This document shows positions 13,654 to 27,640 of a DNA stretch of 64,000 bases, piece by piece. How positions within the stretch are numbered: position 1 is the first letter of the stretch; the number at the start of each line of letters is the position of its first letter. The notes below the pieces were generated by a model. That model saw only the letters and a program-made list of their open reading frames with translations. It did no database searches and was not told the origin of the DNA. Source of the stretch: the human T2T-CHM13v2.0 reference genome, Homo sapiens. The DNA is taken from the NCBI RefSeq assembly GCF_009914755.1, contig NC_060935.1; one strand, 5' to 3'. Position numbers and translations under genes: made by a program.

Positions 13654-14779
13654 CTACCTTAATGATCCTCCCATCTGGAATGTTCTTATCTTAACCCTCC
13701 TCCCCCGCCTGCCATTTGATCAGTTCCTTACTCTCCCTTGCTGTATTTTCCCCAAAGGGGCTAGTTTATTTCACAACCTATATAAAGCTTTTCTGTCTAC
13801 ATTATTTTTTCCCTTACATGAATATCTGTACAACTTGGCTTTTGCCTTTTAAAAATAATTTAATTGGATTATATATCAGGTTTTTCTATAGTTTTTCTTA
13901 GTATGCACTTCTCACCTTCCCACTAGATTGGAGGTTTCTTGAGGTCAAAAGACTGCAGGCTTTTAAGTTAATAAATACATATGTATTGAACTATTTTTAT
14001 GATTATGGTATATAGTATAATTTATTTCTGTCTTTTGTACTGCACTTAGCATGGATTTCAGGTGTTACTGAAACTCTTTGTTGACAACAAATTGAGTAGT
14101 ATATGACATCATCTAAAAATCTGTAACTCTTATTTGTCAAACAACTCAAGTAGTAGGGATCATAGAGGTTTGAGAGCAATTTAGACGAATGTTTAACTTT
14201 CTCCTTGTATTTTAGTCCTATTCAGTTCTCTAAGCATGTATCAGGAGTCAATTAAATGCTAGGCACTATCTGGGTACTAGAAAATATACCGAGAAAATTA
14301 TCAGGCTCGCTGTGCTCAAGGAATGGTTACACTATTTTCGGGCAAGTCATTTAATATTCAGACCTATTTTCCTACCAATAATTGTGCCTTGCTTAAAAAT
14401 AGAACCTTTTTGAAATTGAGACATGCTGAGTTTCTTTTTGTCTTCCTTAATGTGTTGAGAGGATTTACCTTATGAAAAGTGATATTTTTTTGATGATAGG
14501 AGGCTTTTGTTCCCTTCATTTGTGTCATTGTTACTTTTAAGGGAAGGGGTGCCTGTGTGAGAGTTAGTTTTATGCAATTATATTAAGAAATATGAGTGAC
14601 AATGGGCTGCTCTTGTGACAACCTCAGTCTTTCTCCTTCCTTCCTCCTTTTTTCCAGCAGACCACTTAGTACTTGCGATTTTTTTCCATCTGTTTCCCTT
14701 CTCCTTTGATTTTTTTCTTTTCTTCCTTTTCAAACAGTTGTTGCCACCATAGTCCAAATTCTTATCAACATAACAACAT

Positions 14780-16035
14780 CCATTCACTCAACAAATATTT
14801 AGAGTTTGTACTGTCGTCACTGTTTTAGACACAAGGATGCAGCAGCAAAAAATAAAATAAATAAAAGAGAAATTAATAAAACTGTAATATAATCCTACCT
14901 TCATGGAGTTTCCTTTCTAGTGTAAGTAAATCAGAAATCAAATAAAAAACTGGGGGGAGAAAAAGGGTATGTTGTGTGAATTAAGAGCCATGGAGAAAAA
15001 TCATGGTGAGAAGGTGAACTGGCAATTTCTTTCCTGGTAGTAAGGGTGGCAATTTTAAGGGCGGAAATCCTTACTTTTTTAAAGATTATCTTTAAAGGAA
15101 GATAATCTTTCCATAAAAACTTGAAAATCTTGAGGGAGCAAGTCCTGTAGATATCTGGTGGGAGAACATTCCAGGGAGAGTGAGCAACTTATAGCAAAAT
15201 CTCTGAGGTGAGCCTGAGGAAGGGTGGTAGGAAATGGGAGAGGCAGGGCAGGGACCTGAAGGCCATTAACTTTGGCTTTTAGGCTAAGTAAGAGCCACAG
15301 CTGTTGGAGCACTTTGAGAGGAGGAAAGACCTTATCTAACTTATATTTTAACAGAATTATTCTGGCTGCTGCGGTCAGCCTCTAAAGGGCAAGTAAAAAA
15401 GGTAAGGAAACCAGTTAGAAGGCTATTGCAGTGACCAGAGTGAGAGACAATGGTGGCTTGGACCAGAGTAGGATTGGTGGAGACTGTAAGGAGTATCAGG
15501 GGGTCCTGCATATATCTTGAAGTAAGAGCCAAGAGGATTTGCTCATAGACTGGACATGGTGTATGAGGAAGGAAGTCTATTCAAGGATGACTGCCAGAGT
15601 TTTTGGCTTAAGCAGTTGGAAAAATTGAGCTGTCATTTTAAGAAGAGTATGTTTGAGGCATTTAAGTTTGAGATGCTTATTAGAAATATTAAGTAGCAAG
15701 TGTTTGTAACACTATGGACCTCAAGGGTGAGGTTCAGGTGGGAGGTTTATGTTTAGGAGTCAGCATATTTATGATATTAAAAGTCATGAGACTGGATGAG
15801 ATCATCAAGAGCGTTAATATAGAAAGAAGAATGAAGAGGGGTAGTGGGTGGGCCCCAGGGTGTCCTAAGGTCCGGAGTCTGGAGAGATGAGAGGGAACCG
15901 CAAATCAGACCAGCTTGTGAGGTGGGAGGAAGACCAGAACATAGTGTCCTGTAAGCCAAGCAAATAAAGTGTTTCAAGAAAGAGATTGACTTTGATAAAT
16001 GCTGCAAAGTAAGATGAGGATAATTGAAAGGTTTC
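14780..16035 (-). mobile_element. L2 (long 3' fragment)
   Basis: Starts cattcactcaacaaatattt; internal ccagttagaaggctattgcagtgaccagagtgagagacaatggtggcttggacc; ends aatgctgcaaagtaagatgagga. Confidence 0.85.
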
Positions 16036-16129
16036 TTGAACAGAAACCTGGTATTCCCACCCCAACTTTCTCAATATCATTAGGTTTAGTTTTCTAAAAC
16101 TTGTTTTTTATCATGTCCTACTCAAAACA

Positions 16130-16545
16130 ACTCTCGCTGGTTTTAATTATCATACACTGAAGCGCCAAATGCCTGAGTTTGCCATTTAAGGCCTTATAAA
16201 TATCTCCATTCATCACTTTCCAGTAGGGGATGGCCAGCCTCCTGGAGTTTCCCATACCTCCCATGTTCTTTTCTCATGCCACATCTTTGCTTTATACTAT
16301 GTTCTTTACTGCATATGGCCTTCCTTTTTTGTAACCCCAGTCGACATTCCCTTCCCTGCCTAGCTGAAACCCTCATCATGCCAGGCCTTGAGGAAATTTC
16401 CTGTCTCTGAGTTCCCATAACTCACCACTTTATCATTCACAGTGGCACTTGCAACATCCCATAATTTTTCAACCGTTATGTGGGCAGAAAACTCATCTTC
16501 TTTAGGGGATTGAATTCCTTTAGAGTAGGAACCAAGTTTTAAACC
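16130..16545 (+). mobile_element. L2 fragment, opposite orientation to its neighbour
   Basis: ccatttaaggcctt...ctttgctttatactatgttctttactgc... resembles the L2 3' region. Confidence 0.5.
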
Positions 16546-16714
16546 CCATAGCTTCTGTAGCTCCCTGAAAAACTAGGTCTTCAGGATTGAGCACGAAATA
16601 AGACTCCAAGGAACACTTAAAATCATTAGAAATTAGAGTAAAAATGGAAATCTATCTTTAGCTATTTGGCTGGTCCAGATATTTTCTTTCTTTTCTTTAT
16701 TTCACATATATGGA

Positions 16715-16880
16715 ATTATTTCTTTACAAGAAAATCTTGCAGGAAGCCTCAAATTGTAAAGTAGATAAATGCAGAGCTGCTATGGTTGAGGGAAGAAGGT
16801 AGGAGCCCAGAGCTTTACCATTCATCCATCCTTCTCTTCCACCCTGACATTACCCTAAGGCAACCTCAGAGGTACTTCCA
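16715..16880 (+). mobile_element. Old hAT-Charlie non-autonomous fragment (subfamily uncertain)
   Basis: aaatcttgcaggaagcctc...agataaatgcagagctgctatggttga...ggagcccagagc resembles a recalled Charlie-group MER. Confidence 0.5.
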
Positions 16881-19800
16881 CGGATCACCATTTTATAGAT
16901 GAAGAATTTGAGATTCAGAGCCAGTTCATACAAATAGTAAATAACAAAATTAGAATTTGTGTCTCCATATATTGTACTTGGCTTGCTTTATAGCAAATGA
17001 GTAAATGAATGAGTTATAATTAGGTAATGACTGAATGAAGAAAGAGAGAAGTAGATGATAATGCATACTTATTAGTCCCTGATTGTGGGCTGGAGCTCCC
17101 ATGACTTATCCAGATTTTCTCAATATGGAGAAAAGATCACGATTCCCGTTTTATAGATGAGGCTAGGCCTGGGGTATTTAACAGGTTGCTTCCAGGTGAA
17201 GAGATGAAGGTGAAATTCAAAGAGGGGCCTTGAGTACTTAAGTTTATATGTTTTCTGCCATGTCATACTCCTTCTGGAGTAGAAATTACAGAGTAAATAT
17301 AAAAACAGGAAATATATTTAGATAATTATTTTAAATTTATGCATCAAAAGCTCTTACAGGTTTTTTCTCTTCTCTGTCTCCTCCCACTTTTTGTCTTTCT
17401 TTGTGTTACTAATTACAATGTCAGTACAAGACAACTCTAGAGATATTTATTAGCAAACAGCTACAGAGTGACCCTCCAAAAGCTAATTTTGCATTACAAG
17501 ATTGATTTTCATGGAAAGCATATTTTATAAACTTAAAAAGCATATTGGGTGGGGACACAAGACAACATCCACTATTTCTCAATTGCAATTTTTCCTGCAA
17601 ATGGGATGTCTCAGTCAGCAGAATTATAATGCTCCCTCTGTGGAATGGGGGACATTTCCAACTAGTGTCACTTAGTACTATTAAATGGAATCAAGCTGCA
17701 AATATTACTTTGGTAGGTTCTTTGCAGAACACTTTATGACATAATACATTTTTTTGTAACCCAGTTTGGATTTGTCTAGAAATGCTGCAGAGTATTAAAA
17801 CTTAAGTAAAATGCCTTCTTGAAAGGAATATAAAATACATCCTTTCTGGAGGCAGCTTAAGTGCTAATTATAAGAAGTTCTGAAGTCTAAATTCTCTGTG
17901 TTACAGAAACTGAATATTCAGGTACATGGGAAGAATAATTATGTCATATATCTCTGGGATGTTTTTCAGTTTTATAACTTGCTTTTATATGTCATGTCTT
18001 ATTTACTTCTCATAATAATCTTGGAATATAGGTGATAGCATCCTCACTTTAAAGATGTATTCAGGGTTATACAGCCTCAAGCTGATGTTTCATAAATTCT
18101 ATATGTGGTGGGAAAATGTTTCTTTATTATATTATTATATTACTATTATTTATTATAATAAAGAAACTTTTTTCCCTTTCCAGGTAGAAATTCCTCACTT
18201 CTTTCAACCTTAGTATTTTCTAATTAGTATCTATTACTGAACCAGTAGAATTCATAAATGATTTTCCAGGTACTGATAAAGAACTAGTAACCAAAATAAA
18301 ACAATGTACTCTGTATAGCAACCTATAGTTGACAGAGGACATTTACTTACAGTATATCAATCCTTCCAACAGTCCTGGGAAGCAGGGTGGCCAGGTATCT
18401 TTGTCCAGAAAGTGCTGGTTAAGTGGCCTAGTAAAAGTCACACTGTCACAGATTTTAAAAGAAGAGACATAAACATGGTCTTAGATACCAAGTCCAAGGA
18501 TCCTCCATGTAAAGTGCTGAACACACTATTTGACATATGGTTAAGTGCTTAATACATGGTAGTTCTATTTTATTATTACTTTTATTAATATTCTCTACCT
18601 CAAACTGATTTGTAAGTATACCTCTCCTTGGCCAATTTGGCTGATGTCTACAAACCTAGCTAGTGAGCCCATTCTTTTATCCTCCAGGTAAATCACTCCA
18701 CTGTAAAGAATTAAACAAGTCAGGATGCTGGAGGCTGAATTTCAGTAGGCCAGTTACTGAGTGGTCAACTGGGAAACTTTGCAAGCAGAAGTGGGTTTTA
18801 TTTTACAATGTGGTTAACTCTGCAGATAACATTTTATGCCTCCTATCCAAGTTTTTTTTAGGTTTTATTAATTTTCTCAAGGAACAGAGGTGGGGCAAAG
18901 ATGCCACAGTGACCACTAATAATCATTGAGTCTGTAGGGTACTATAAAATAAATTTTGCTGTGATACGGAGGCAACCTCAAGTAAGTAATGAACTGAGTA
19001 ATCAGGACGTTATTCAGGATTGTCCCTGCAGGACAGAACACCATGTATCTTTGTTTAATCCAGCACTTTTAGATAACTAGAAGCTAAAATAACCATCATT
19101 TATTTTGTGCCTACAATGTGCTGATCACTGTTGCTAGGTAAATGACATACAGGGAGACCACATATTCAGGTCTGAAAGAGTCCCAGAGCTGCCTAGAAGA
19201 GTCCCAATATAACCTCTTTGTCCTCACATAAATATTAAGTGTCACCTTTCACTTTCAAACATTTCTTAGAAAAAAATTTAAAAAAGATGGATGGATAGAC
19301 ATGTAATAAAGGAATTTCTGTGAAATTTTAATCATAGAATCTAAGTGGAAGATACATATGTTGGCAGATAAAAGTTCTTTAAAGTTCTCTCTGTATGTTT
19401 CAAAGTTTCCATAATAAAACATTGCGGAAAAAGTGTCTTGGATGACAAATTATATGGTTACTTGATATGAAGATGATCTAATTTAATACCTAAAACCACA
19501 TTATATGCACAATACAATTATTACCTACACTTTACAGTTGGTAAAACTGAAGCGCTGACAGGTTAAGTGGTCCAGAACTGCACATCTAGTAAATGGGATG
19601 GATGTCAAGCAGTGCACCTCCGGAATTCATGCATTTGGAAGCAATGCTATACTTCCCCTAAGTTTACTTTAATATAGTGATCACAGTAAACATCTTTTCT
19701 TGCAACAGCTATTTAAATTCCACAGAATTAGCGTTTCCCAGAATACATTTTAGAAAACATTGCCATAGAGCAGGGCAGAGGGAAAAGGAATTCACATTTA

Positions 19801-20504
19801 TGTATTTTCATTGTTTTACAACTAATAGCTACCTTTTTAAAGTTAAGTTTCTGTCAAACACTCTGTATACATAGCTTCATTTGCTCCTCACAGTACCATT
19901 TATCTATTATAAATAGATATTAATACCTTTATAGTATATTGAAAAAATGTAGACAGAGCTTTTAAGGAACTAATCTATGGTCACACATCTAGTGCATTTC
20001 CAAGCTGGGATTGAAACCTAGGAATAGCATCTCCTCCCCTCCACCTCCCCACTTCAGAAGTTACTTTTTATTAACTCATCCACTCTTCCTCTTATGATGA
20101 ACTTGGACTAAAAAAGGAATACAGACCTATGAAGAAAAGCTCTGAATATTATGTGGAAGTATTTTGGTGCAAATACATAATGCCCTTGGAATAATCTATA
20201 AATTTTCTCTCACTATGACATTTTTTGAGAGCAAAATGAGGGTACAAATTAATCATCTTTTACTTTGATTCAATAGACTCTATGATACTATGTTTATCCA
20301 AATCCATTCACCATCATTTATTGACCACTTCTTAGGTAAGGGCTCTAGTGCCTTATTACTCCTAGTCTCTCTTCTTAGGAAAGACACAGACATAATATTT
20401 ACTGATTTTCTACTTTGTGTCAGGTGCCATTCCCTTCTCAGTCTTAGTTCCTTTATCTGCGAAATGGACATAATAACAATAGTTATTATGTTAGTTACCA
20501 ATAA

Positions 20505-20546
20505 TATCGTTGGTAGCTGCAAATCTATTGTTGGTAGCTGCAAATC
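20505..20546. repeat. 21-bp tandem duplication
   Basis: tatcgttggtagctgcaaatc followed by tattgttggtagctgcaaatc (1 mismatch). Confidence 0.95.
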
Positions 20547-20574
20547 ACTTATTGCTGGCCACATATTAAGACTT

Positions 20575-21815
20575 CATTCATGTATTTATTTATTCCACCA
20601 ATAGTTAATAGACATGCACTGTGTGCCAGGCATCATTCTGTGTGCTGATGATATAGCAGGGAATAAAAGAAACAAAGGCCTTGCCTTCCTGAAGCTTATG
20701 TTTTGTAAGGGATTCAGATAATAAATGAATCAATAAGTAAATGTGGATTAGGTGATAGCTTCATCAGGATCATCTAGGTTGTGCTGCAGTAAAAAAAACC
20801 AACCCCAAATATCAGTGGCTAAACCCACTAGAATTTTACTTCTCACTCATGCTGTATGTTCCATGCAGGTTAGCAGAGAGGATCTGAAATTCAGTTACAT
20901 AGGGATTCAGGATAGAGGCTTCATTTTCCCCCATGCATTTTGATCCCCAAAAAGATGGTGAGCTGTGGACTGGCCCTTAAAGCCAGAACACACATACATT
21001 TCATTGGCAAAAGCTAGTCGCATGTTTGTGCCTCATGTCAGCTTGGGTAAGGAAGTACAATGCTGCTACATGTTTGGAAGGAACATACAATAGCCCTGAG
21101 GGTGATCACATACAGTGATAGGAGGCCTGGAAGAGAAATTAAGGAGTATAACAGGGAATAGGGAGCACTGAGAGAGAGAATGCTCTTTAATAGTGAGCAG
21201 TCAGTGAGGGCCTTAATGATAAAGTGACATTTCAGTGGTGATACGAGGAGGCAAAGGGGTAGGTCTTGCAGTTATCTGAAGGAAGAGTACTCTAGTCCGA
21301 GAAGACAGCCAGAGTAAAGGTATGGTTATTTTTGTCATGTTTGAACATCAACAAGAAGGTCTGGGTGATTGAAATGGAGGAAGCAAGGGAGAGAAGGTCA
21401 AAGAGAGAGATGGAGTTGGATAAGGTAGAGCCTACAAGGTCACTGTGAGGACTTTAGCTTTTGGGCTGAGTGGGATTGGCGGGCTTTAGGCATTTTGAAA
21501 GGAGAGATGTGGTCTGACTTATATGTTTATAGTATCTCTGGCTGCTGTGTGAGGAAGGAGGTGATTGAGTTGTGCAGCCCAGCTGAGAGATGATGCTGGC
21601 TCCGATCAGAATTGTTGTGATGGAAGTGGTGGGAAAGGGTGAGATGATTGATATATATTTTGAAAGTGGAATCAAGAGGATTTGCTCACAGACCGGACGT
21701 GGGGTGTGAAAGAAAGAGAGAAAGGAGTCAGGGGCAAATCTAAAGTTTTTAATCAGAGAAATTGTAAAGATAAAGCTATAATTTTTAAAAGGTGGAAACT
21801 TTGAGATGAGCACTT
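20575..21815 (-). mobile_element. L2, interrupted by an MLT1 LTR
   Basis: cattcatgtatttatttattcc...tgtgccaggcatcattctgtgtgctg...; resumes after about 21100 through gaggatttgctcacagaccggacgtggggtgtgaaag. Confidence 0.8.
20755..21100 (-). mobile_element. MLT1 (J/K/L-like) MaLR LTR
   Basis: ctaggttgtgctgcagtaa...ccccaaatatcagtggct...tttacttctcactcatg...cattggcaaaagctagtcgcatg. Confidence 0.7.
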
Positions 21816-22108
21816 AAATAGTTGTCATAAGTACCACAATTCTTCAGTCTTTACAGTAGCTCTATTAAGAACATCTTACTAGCCTTATTTTTAAAACTGC
21901 AAAGTTGATACCTAGTAATGTTAGGTGGCTTATCCAGGGAAATAGTTCAGATTATAAATTCCTAACTTTGAAATTAGATACACTGATAATTACAAAGCAT
22001 ATTCCTTCTATTCTTCTGGTTTGGTGATTAACCAGATCCTGATACATTTTTAAGTTTTATATCATATATGCCAAATTGCTTTAATAATGAGTAAAACTCC
22101 CAATGTGG

Positions 22109-22186
22109 AATTTTTGAAGTTCTTCTTTGATGGGTGATCTAAAAGACAAATTTTCAAGTTCTTCTTTAGTGGTTGATGTAAAACCA
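22109..22186. repeat. Degenerate 39-bp tandem duplication
   Basis: Units start at 22109 and 22148, with 30 of the first 36 positions identical and a shared core AAGTTCTTCTTT. Confidence 0.85.
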
Positions 22187-22696
22187 CGCGCATGAACCGC
22201 TGCACCCAACCTGTTCTAGATTTTCTATTTCAACTCCTGCAGACATTGTGAGTGAAGACATTTCCTCAAAAAACTTCAATTACTCAGTCATTAAATACAC
22301 ATTGATTCAGTTCCTTATTTGTGGTGAACATGACTTAGATGCCTGGGATATGGAGGCAGTTAGGATGAATTGACCTCCAAAACCTTAAAGACTGGTGAGA
22401 AAGATGAAAAATAAATTATTAATTACACTGCAAGATGCTAACTGCTGAGCAAAGGTCCTGTGAGAACCGGAAGAAGAGATACCAGACCCTCTCTGGAGAA
22501 GTCATTTTGGAAGGATTGGTAAAAAGAGATGGCCCTCATCCGACATTTGAATAATAACAGGACTTCATTAAAGTTAATGGAGGTTGGGGGAAAACACATT
22601 TTAGAGAAAGAGAAGGCATTTGCAAGTCAATGAAGTTATAAAGCAGAATGAGAAACTCTGGGATGCGAAGAGTTGGTTAGACTGGAGGAGGTACAT

Positions 22697-23150
<454 letters not shown>

Positions 23151-25011
23151 CTAGAATATTGGGCTAAATTCATGTAACTCTAAGGATTTGTATAGAAAGC
23201 TTATTTTCTAATTAAATGCCTACTACCAACTTATTTATATACACAGTTGCTACTGTGATTCACCTGAGGACCTATTGCCAGTTTCATTGCTAAGCAAGTC
23301 TTTCTGCTTGGTTTGTAATCTCTTGAAAGACAGTATTTCTAAAGAAAACACAAACTGAGCTGTTGTTTGGACCTAAGTCCAAGGTCCCTTAAATAGTGGC
23401 AGGCACACCTGGAAATTTATTTAATATTGTTTTAGGTCCTCACTGTGCTTTTGGAAGCCCATTTAGAAGACTTCGTGGGGAACATGGAGATTCATCTTCA
23501 GTGGTTTCAAACTTTTTATGGTGTGCAAGAATATAAAATGAAGGAAAAAGCCAGTAAGGCAGGCAATTTTTAAAATTATGCCAACCATCTCCTCTTAGTG
23601 TTACGCCACTATGACTTCTTCTTCTAAAAAGCTAACTGTGCAAAACCTAGTTAAAATAGTTACCATTTTATCAAACACTTTCTAGTGCCAGGCACTGTGC
23701 TGTGCTATGTATATGTGTGTGTGTGTGTGTATTTATATACCTCAAGTACATAGTTATATGTACAAATTCTATTGATATACTTAATCAGTATAAGGTTGTT
23801 AGCCAACTTATTTTAAGAAAGACTTTCCTTTATTCTGAGATTGTGTCACTCACATTTTTATTTCTTGGTGTTAAAATGCCTTTTCTTTTACTAAGTGAAG
23901 ATAGAAAATAGTAGAGTTGTTGTTGTTGTTTAATGCCCTTACTTGGCAAAATGAAAAATAGGAAATCCTGTAGTTTCCTCCTCTACTATCCCAGGAGCCT
24001 TCTTCCTTTTATCATCATCATCACCACCACTTTAAATCTGACTTGACCATGAATACTGTGTGTGCAGTTGAACAAAGACATTTTCAACTAATCAGTGAGA
24101 TTGGGCACCTTTGGGCTTTTTCATCACTTTTTCTGTTAACCAGCATGGGTCAGTGTATTGGATTCAGATTTTCAGAAATTATTTCCTGTCTTTTGAAGAA
24201 CACACAAAAAAAATGAGTTTTAAAAGTAATTAACATATCAGGAGAGCTCATATGAGGAGGAGACCTTTGCCTATAGCTCTCTAGACCTTAGCCTGAGCCT
24301 GTAATTCAGGGTCACTGGGGGCTCTAGGGCACAGAAATTGTGTGAAACATTTCCAAACATAAATTATAAAATTATTTTGATGGGCTCCTCATTATCTCAT
24401 GACTTCGCCTGACACCTAAATGGAATCCTGTGATTCTTTACTGTGTTGGGAAGTTAATGTGGGAAAAAATGAAAGACAGTCAATAAAGGAGCTTTAATAA
24501 CAGGATTTGTAAGACCTCTAGTGCCAGGTAGATAATGATGTCACCTCCATGTTGGAACTAACTGAAAATCAAATGTAGTCTCTTGGCCTTCCATTCCAGA
24601 CATCTGTGTAAACATTGGGTACGTTTGTATGTTTGGTCATAGATTTAACACAAAGAAATAGAATTAATATCAACAGTATTGTAAACGAAAGCCTTTTATG
24701 TGGATACTCATAAAGTAAATGCTTTTTAAAATAAGCATTGTGTTTATTTAAATGGAAGCCTCAATATGAGCTGTTCCCAGACTCTTTACAGATAAAAATT
24801 ATTCATCAAATCATAGTTTCATTGTTTGTTTTCCAAGCTGTTGTGAAAACTTTACAGAACTTTTGTACTTAAAATAATTCCCAAACTCTGCAATGCCTCA
24901 AGTTCCTAAACTCTTTATTTATTTCTGCTGTCAGTTAACAAATGATTTTGTTCTTCAGATGTAGAATCTAATTGAGCATGGTGATATCTCTGTTGCTTCA
25001 ATATATTAGAA

Positions 25012-26442
25012 CAGTGTGTCTCAACTTTTTGTTTACATTCTTAAAAATTATTGAAGACCCCCAAAGAGCTTTTGTTATGTGGGTCATATGCACTGGTACA
25101 GTCTATATTAGAAATTAGGACTAAGAAATAAAAAACATATATTAATTAAAAAATTACAATAATAAACTCATATGTTAACATTAATAACATTTTTAAATGA
25201 TATATAGATATATTCTCCGAAACAAAAAATATTAATGTCTGGCTGAATCGAAGACAACTGGGTTGTTATATCTGCTTCCACACTCAATCTATGGTAATAT
25301 GTGGTTTTGATTGCATTATGGGAAGAAAATGCTGCATCATGTAGATATGTGGTCTGAAAAGGGAGTACTTTAAGAGACTTTTTAAATCATTGAGGATATT
25401 CTTGCCTAACACCTGATGTTATTTTTAAGCTCAGCTTGTGCTGTGTTATTCTCCTGATACATTAGTACTACAACTGGTTTTAAATCTATGATTATATACT
25501 ATGATTTACATATAAGATTGAGGATGTTCTTTCTTGATACTATATCAAAACTTGACAGGTGGTACTTTGTATATTAAAATTTATTGGCATATATTTTAGT
25601 GAATCCTTTATCCGTGCATAACTCTGTAGCATCATTCAATGGTCATTTGGAAAATATTAGTTCACTGAGTTATGTAGCTAGCTCTTCTAAATGTTGACTG
25701 AGTCCATTACACAACATAAAAATTACATCTCTGAATGTTACCATTTATTTCAACAGAAAAGTCTTTAAGCTTTGGGAAATTGACAAACTCACAGTGGTGG
25801 TTGCAACTTTTCTAAAATTTGAATATTTGCTTGCAAGATGAAAAGTTATTAACTGACAACAAATTCTACCGGTGGTTTTCTTTGAAGTGAAATGCTTGCT
25901 TCATTTACTGATGAGAAACATGTCTGCCAGATACCCAAGTCTGAATAATCACAATTTGTCAGTCATTCTTTTAGGTAAAAATAATGTTCCATGGGGAAAA
26001 AAAAGCTGCTAATTCAGCTTGCATCATAATTATGCACATTTTTTAAGACAACTTTAGTATTTGACAGGAGAGCTTTATGCATACTTTTCATTTTATCACA
26101 CAAAATATTAAAAATACATATTCAAAATATACATTAATCTCTTAGTGAGATTTAATAAGATTGACAAATTTTACTGCTCCATCAAGGACATTAATAAGTA
26201 AAACTGGCTTTCTTTTTGTGTGTTCATTTAGTGAAGAATATAATGACTACTGGTACAGATTAGTGTCATGTTAAAGTGCAAACAGTTTTACTCACCGTTA
26301 CTTTTTCACCAGCCACGCAAATGTCAACACAATGAAAGTGTAAACAACATCATAGTATTGTTATGAAAATCTTTTTGACCTTGTGCCTGAAAAGTTCTTA
26401 AGCACCTCTGTGGGTTCTCAGACCATTCTTTGAGAAAATCCA
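25012..26442. mobile_element. Near full-length Charlie1a (hAT DNA transposon) carrying an internal insertion
   Basis: cagtgtgtctcaactttt...ttaaaaattattgaagacccccaaagagcttttg at one end and tttgacc...cagaccattctttgagaa at the other. Length about 1.4 kb. Confidence 0.85.
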
Positions 26443-26976
26443 TTTCTAAGGCATGACTAACTCTAGGCTAATTACCCACCCTCTCTCACTGCCGGTGCCA
26501 CTATGCCCCCGTCCACCAGCACTCTTGACAGATCAAGAGGCACAGTATCTTAAATGGGATCCCTGGGGTAAATACTACCTTTTAAACCCTTATTTATGAA
26601 CATTTCCTGATTTCAAAATATATTTCCTGTGTATCTCACTCTGAGGGATGCATCTCCCCGGGAAGTATCTGGGCATCCTGACATAAGATCTCATGTAACA
26701 TCTTTCTTTTTGACTGCTATATTCATCACTGATAAACTTTATATGTCATGATCATAAAGGTAAGCATCTGTCAAAAATTTTTTAGATGGGAATGAATCTC
26801 TAATGAAAATAGGTCTAATATCAATGTTAAAATATAATTTTCAATAAGTTAAAAACATGGCTTTCATACAAATACATAGTGAGCATGTGCCAAATATTTA
26901 CTTAGTTCATTAAGAAGAAAACCTGCATAATGATAGACCTAGTTCAAAAGAGAAAATGAGAAAAAAAATCACATAA

Positions 26977-27030
26977 ATATATGTATATATAGAGAGAGGG
27001 AGATGGAGAGAAAGAGAGAGAGAGAGAAGA
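26977..27030. repeat. (TA)n/(GA)n simple repeat
   Basis: atatatgtatatatagagagagggagatggagagaaagagagagagagagaaga. Confidence 0.85.
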
Positions 27031-27570
27031 AAAACCAATGCCAAAATAAGGCTGCAGAATTAGATTCAACACTGATTGATGTTCTGCAGTAGAATAAAAT
27101 CTTAACCTTTGGAGTTATATTTTCTATGGGACAGAAATTATTTGCACTTCTACTAGATAAAAATAATTTGTAGCTTATCCATCTTCTGCAAGTTAAGATC
27201 TAGCTTTACCAAGTCCAGGCCCTAATGAAGATGATTGCAAAGTCAAATACGGCTGCCTTTCCCTAAAGCAAAGAGTGACCCCAATGTGGGCTTTTTCAAC
27301 AATGGCCCTGTAGGGCTTTGAAAGAGAATGCTATAATCTTTTTGCCTTATCTCCAAGTTTTGGGTTGTTTTTCTTAAATTAGTTGAAAACAACAACAACA
27401 ACAACAATGACAACAAAAACTGTGGCAAAGGATACTTGGGGGTAAGATTTCCCCAGGCTCTTAAAATGATGCAATGTATCAAGTGTGGAATATTTATTAA
27501 ATATTTATTTAATATCTACTTGGAACATCTACTTTGTAACAACAAGCATTATATAAAGAGATTTCAAGCC

Positions 27571-27640
27571 GCATAAATATATATACATACTATGTACCCA
27601 CAAAACATTTTAAAAATAATTTTTAAAAATTAAAAAAAAT
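27571..27640 (+). mobile_element. Very short L1 3' terminus with A-rich tail
   Basis: cataaatatatatacatactatgtacccacaaaa matches the old L1 (L1MA/L1PB) 3' end. Confidence 0.7.

Noticed and set aside
20505-22186. Short direct repeats as a CRISPR-like array
   Set aside because: They are only unrelated two-copy duplications without spacers, in a eukaryotic context with no cas genes.
25404-25475. C/D-box snoRNA reading of the orphan insert (TGATGT...CTGA)
   Set aside because: Box C is imperfect and there is no convincing terminal stem; it would need an Rfam/snoscan hit.
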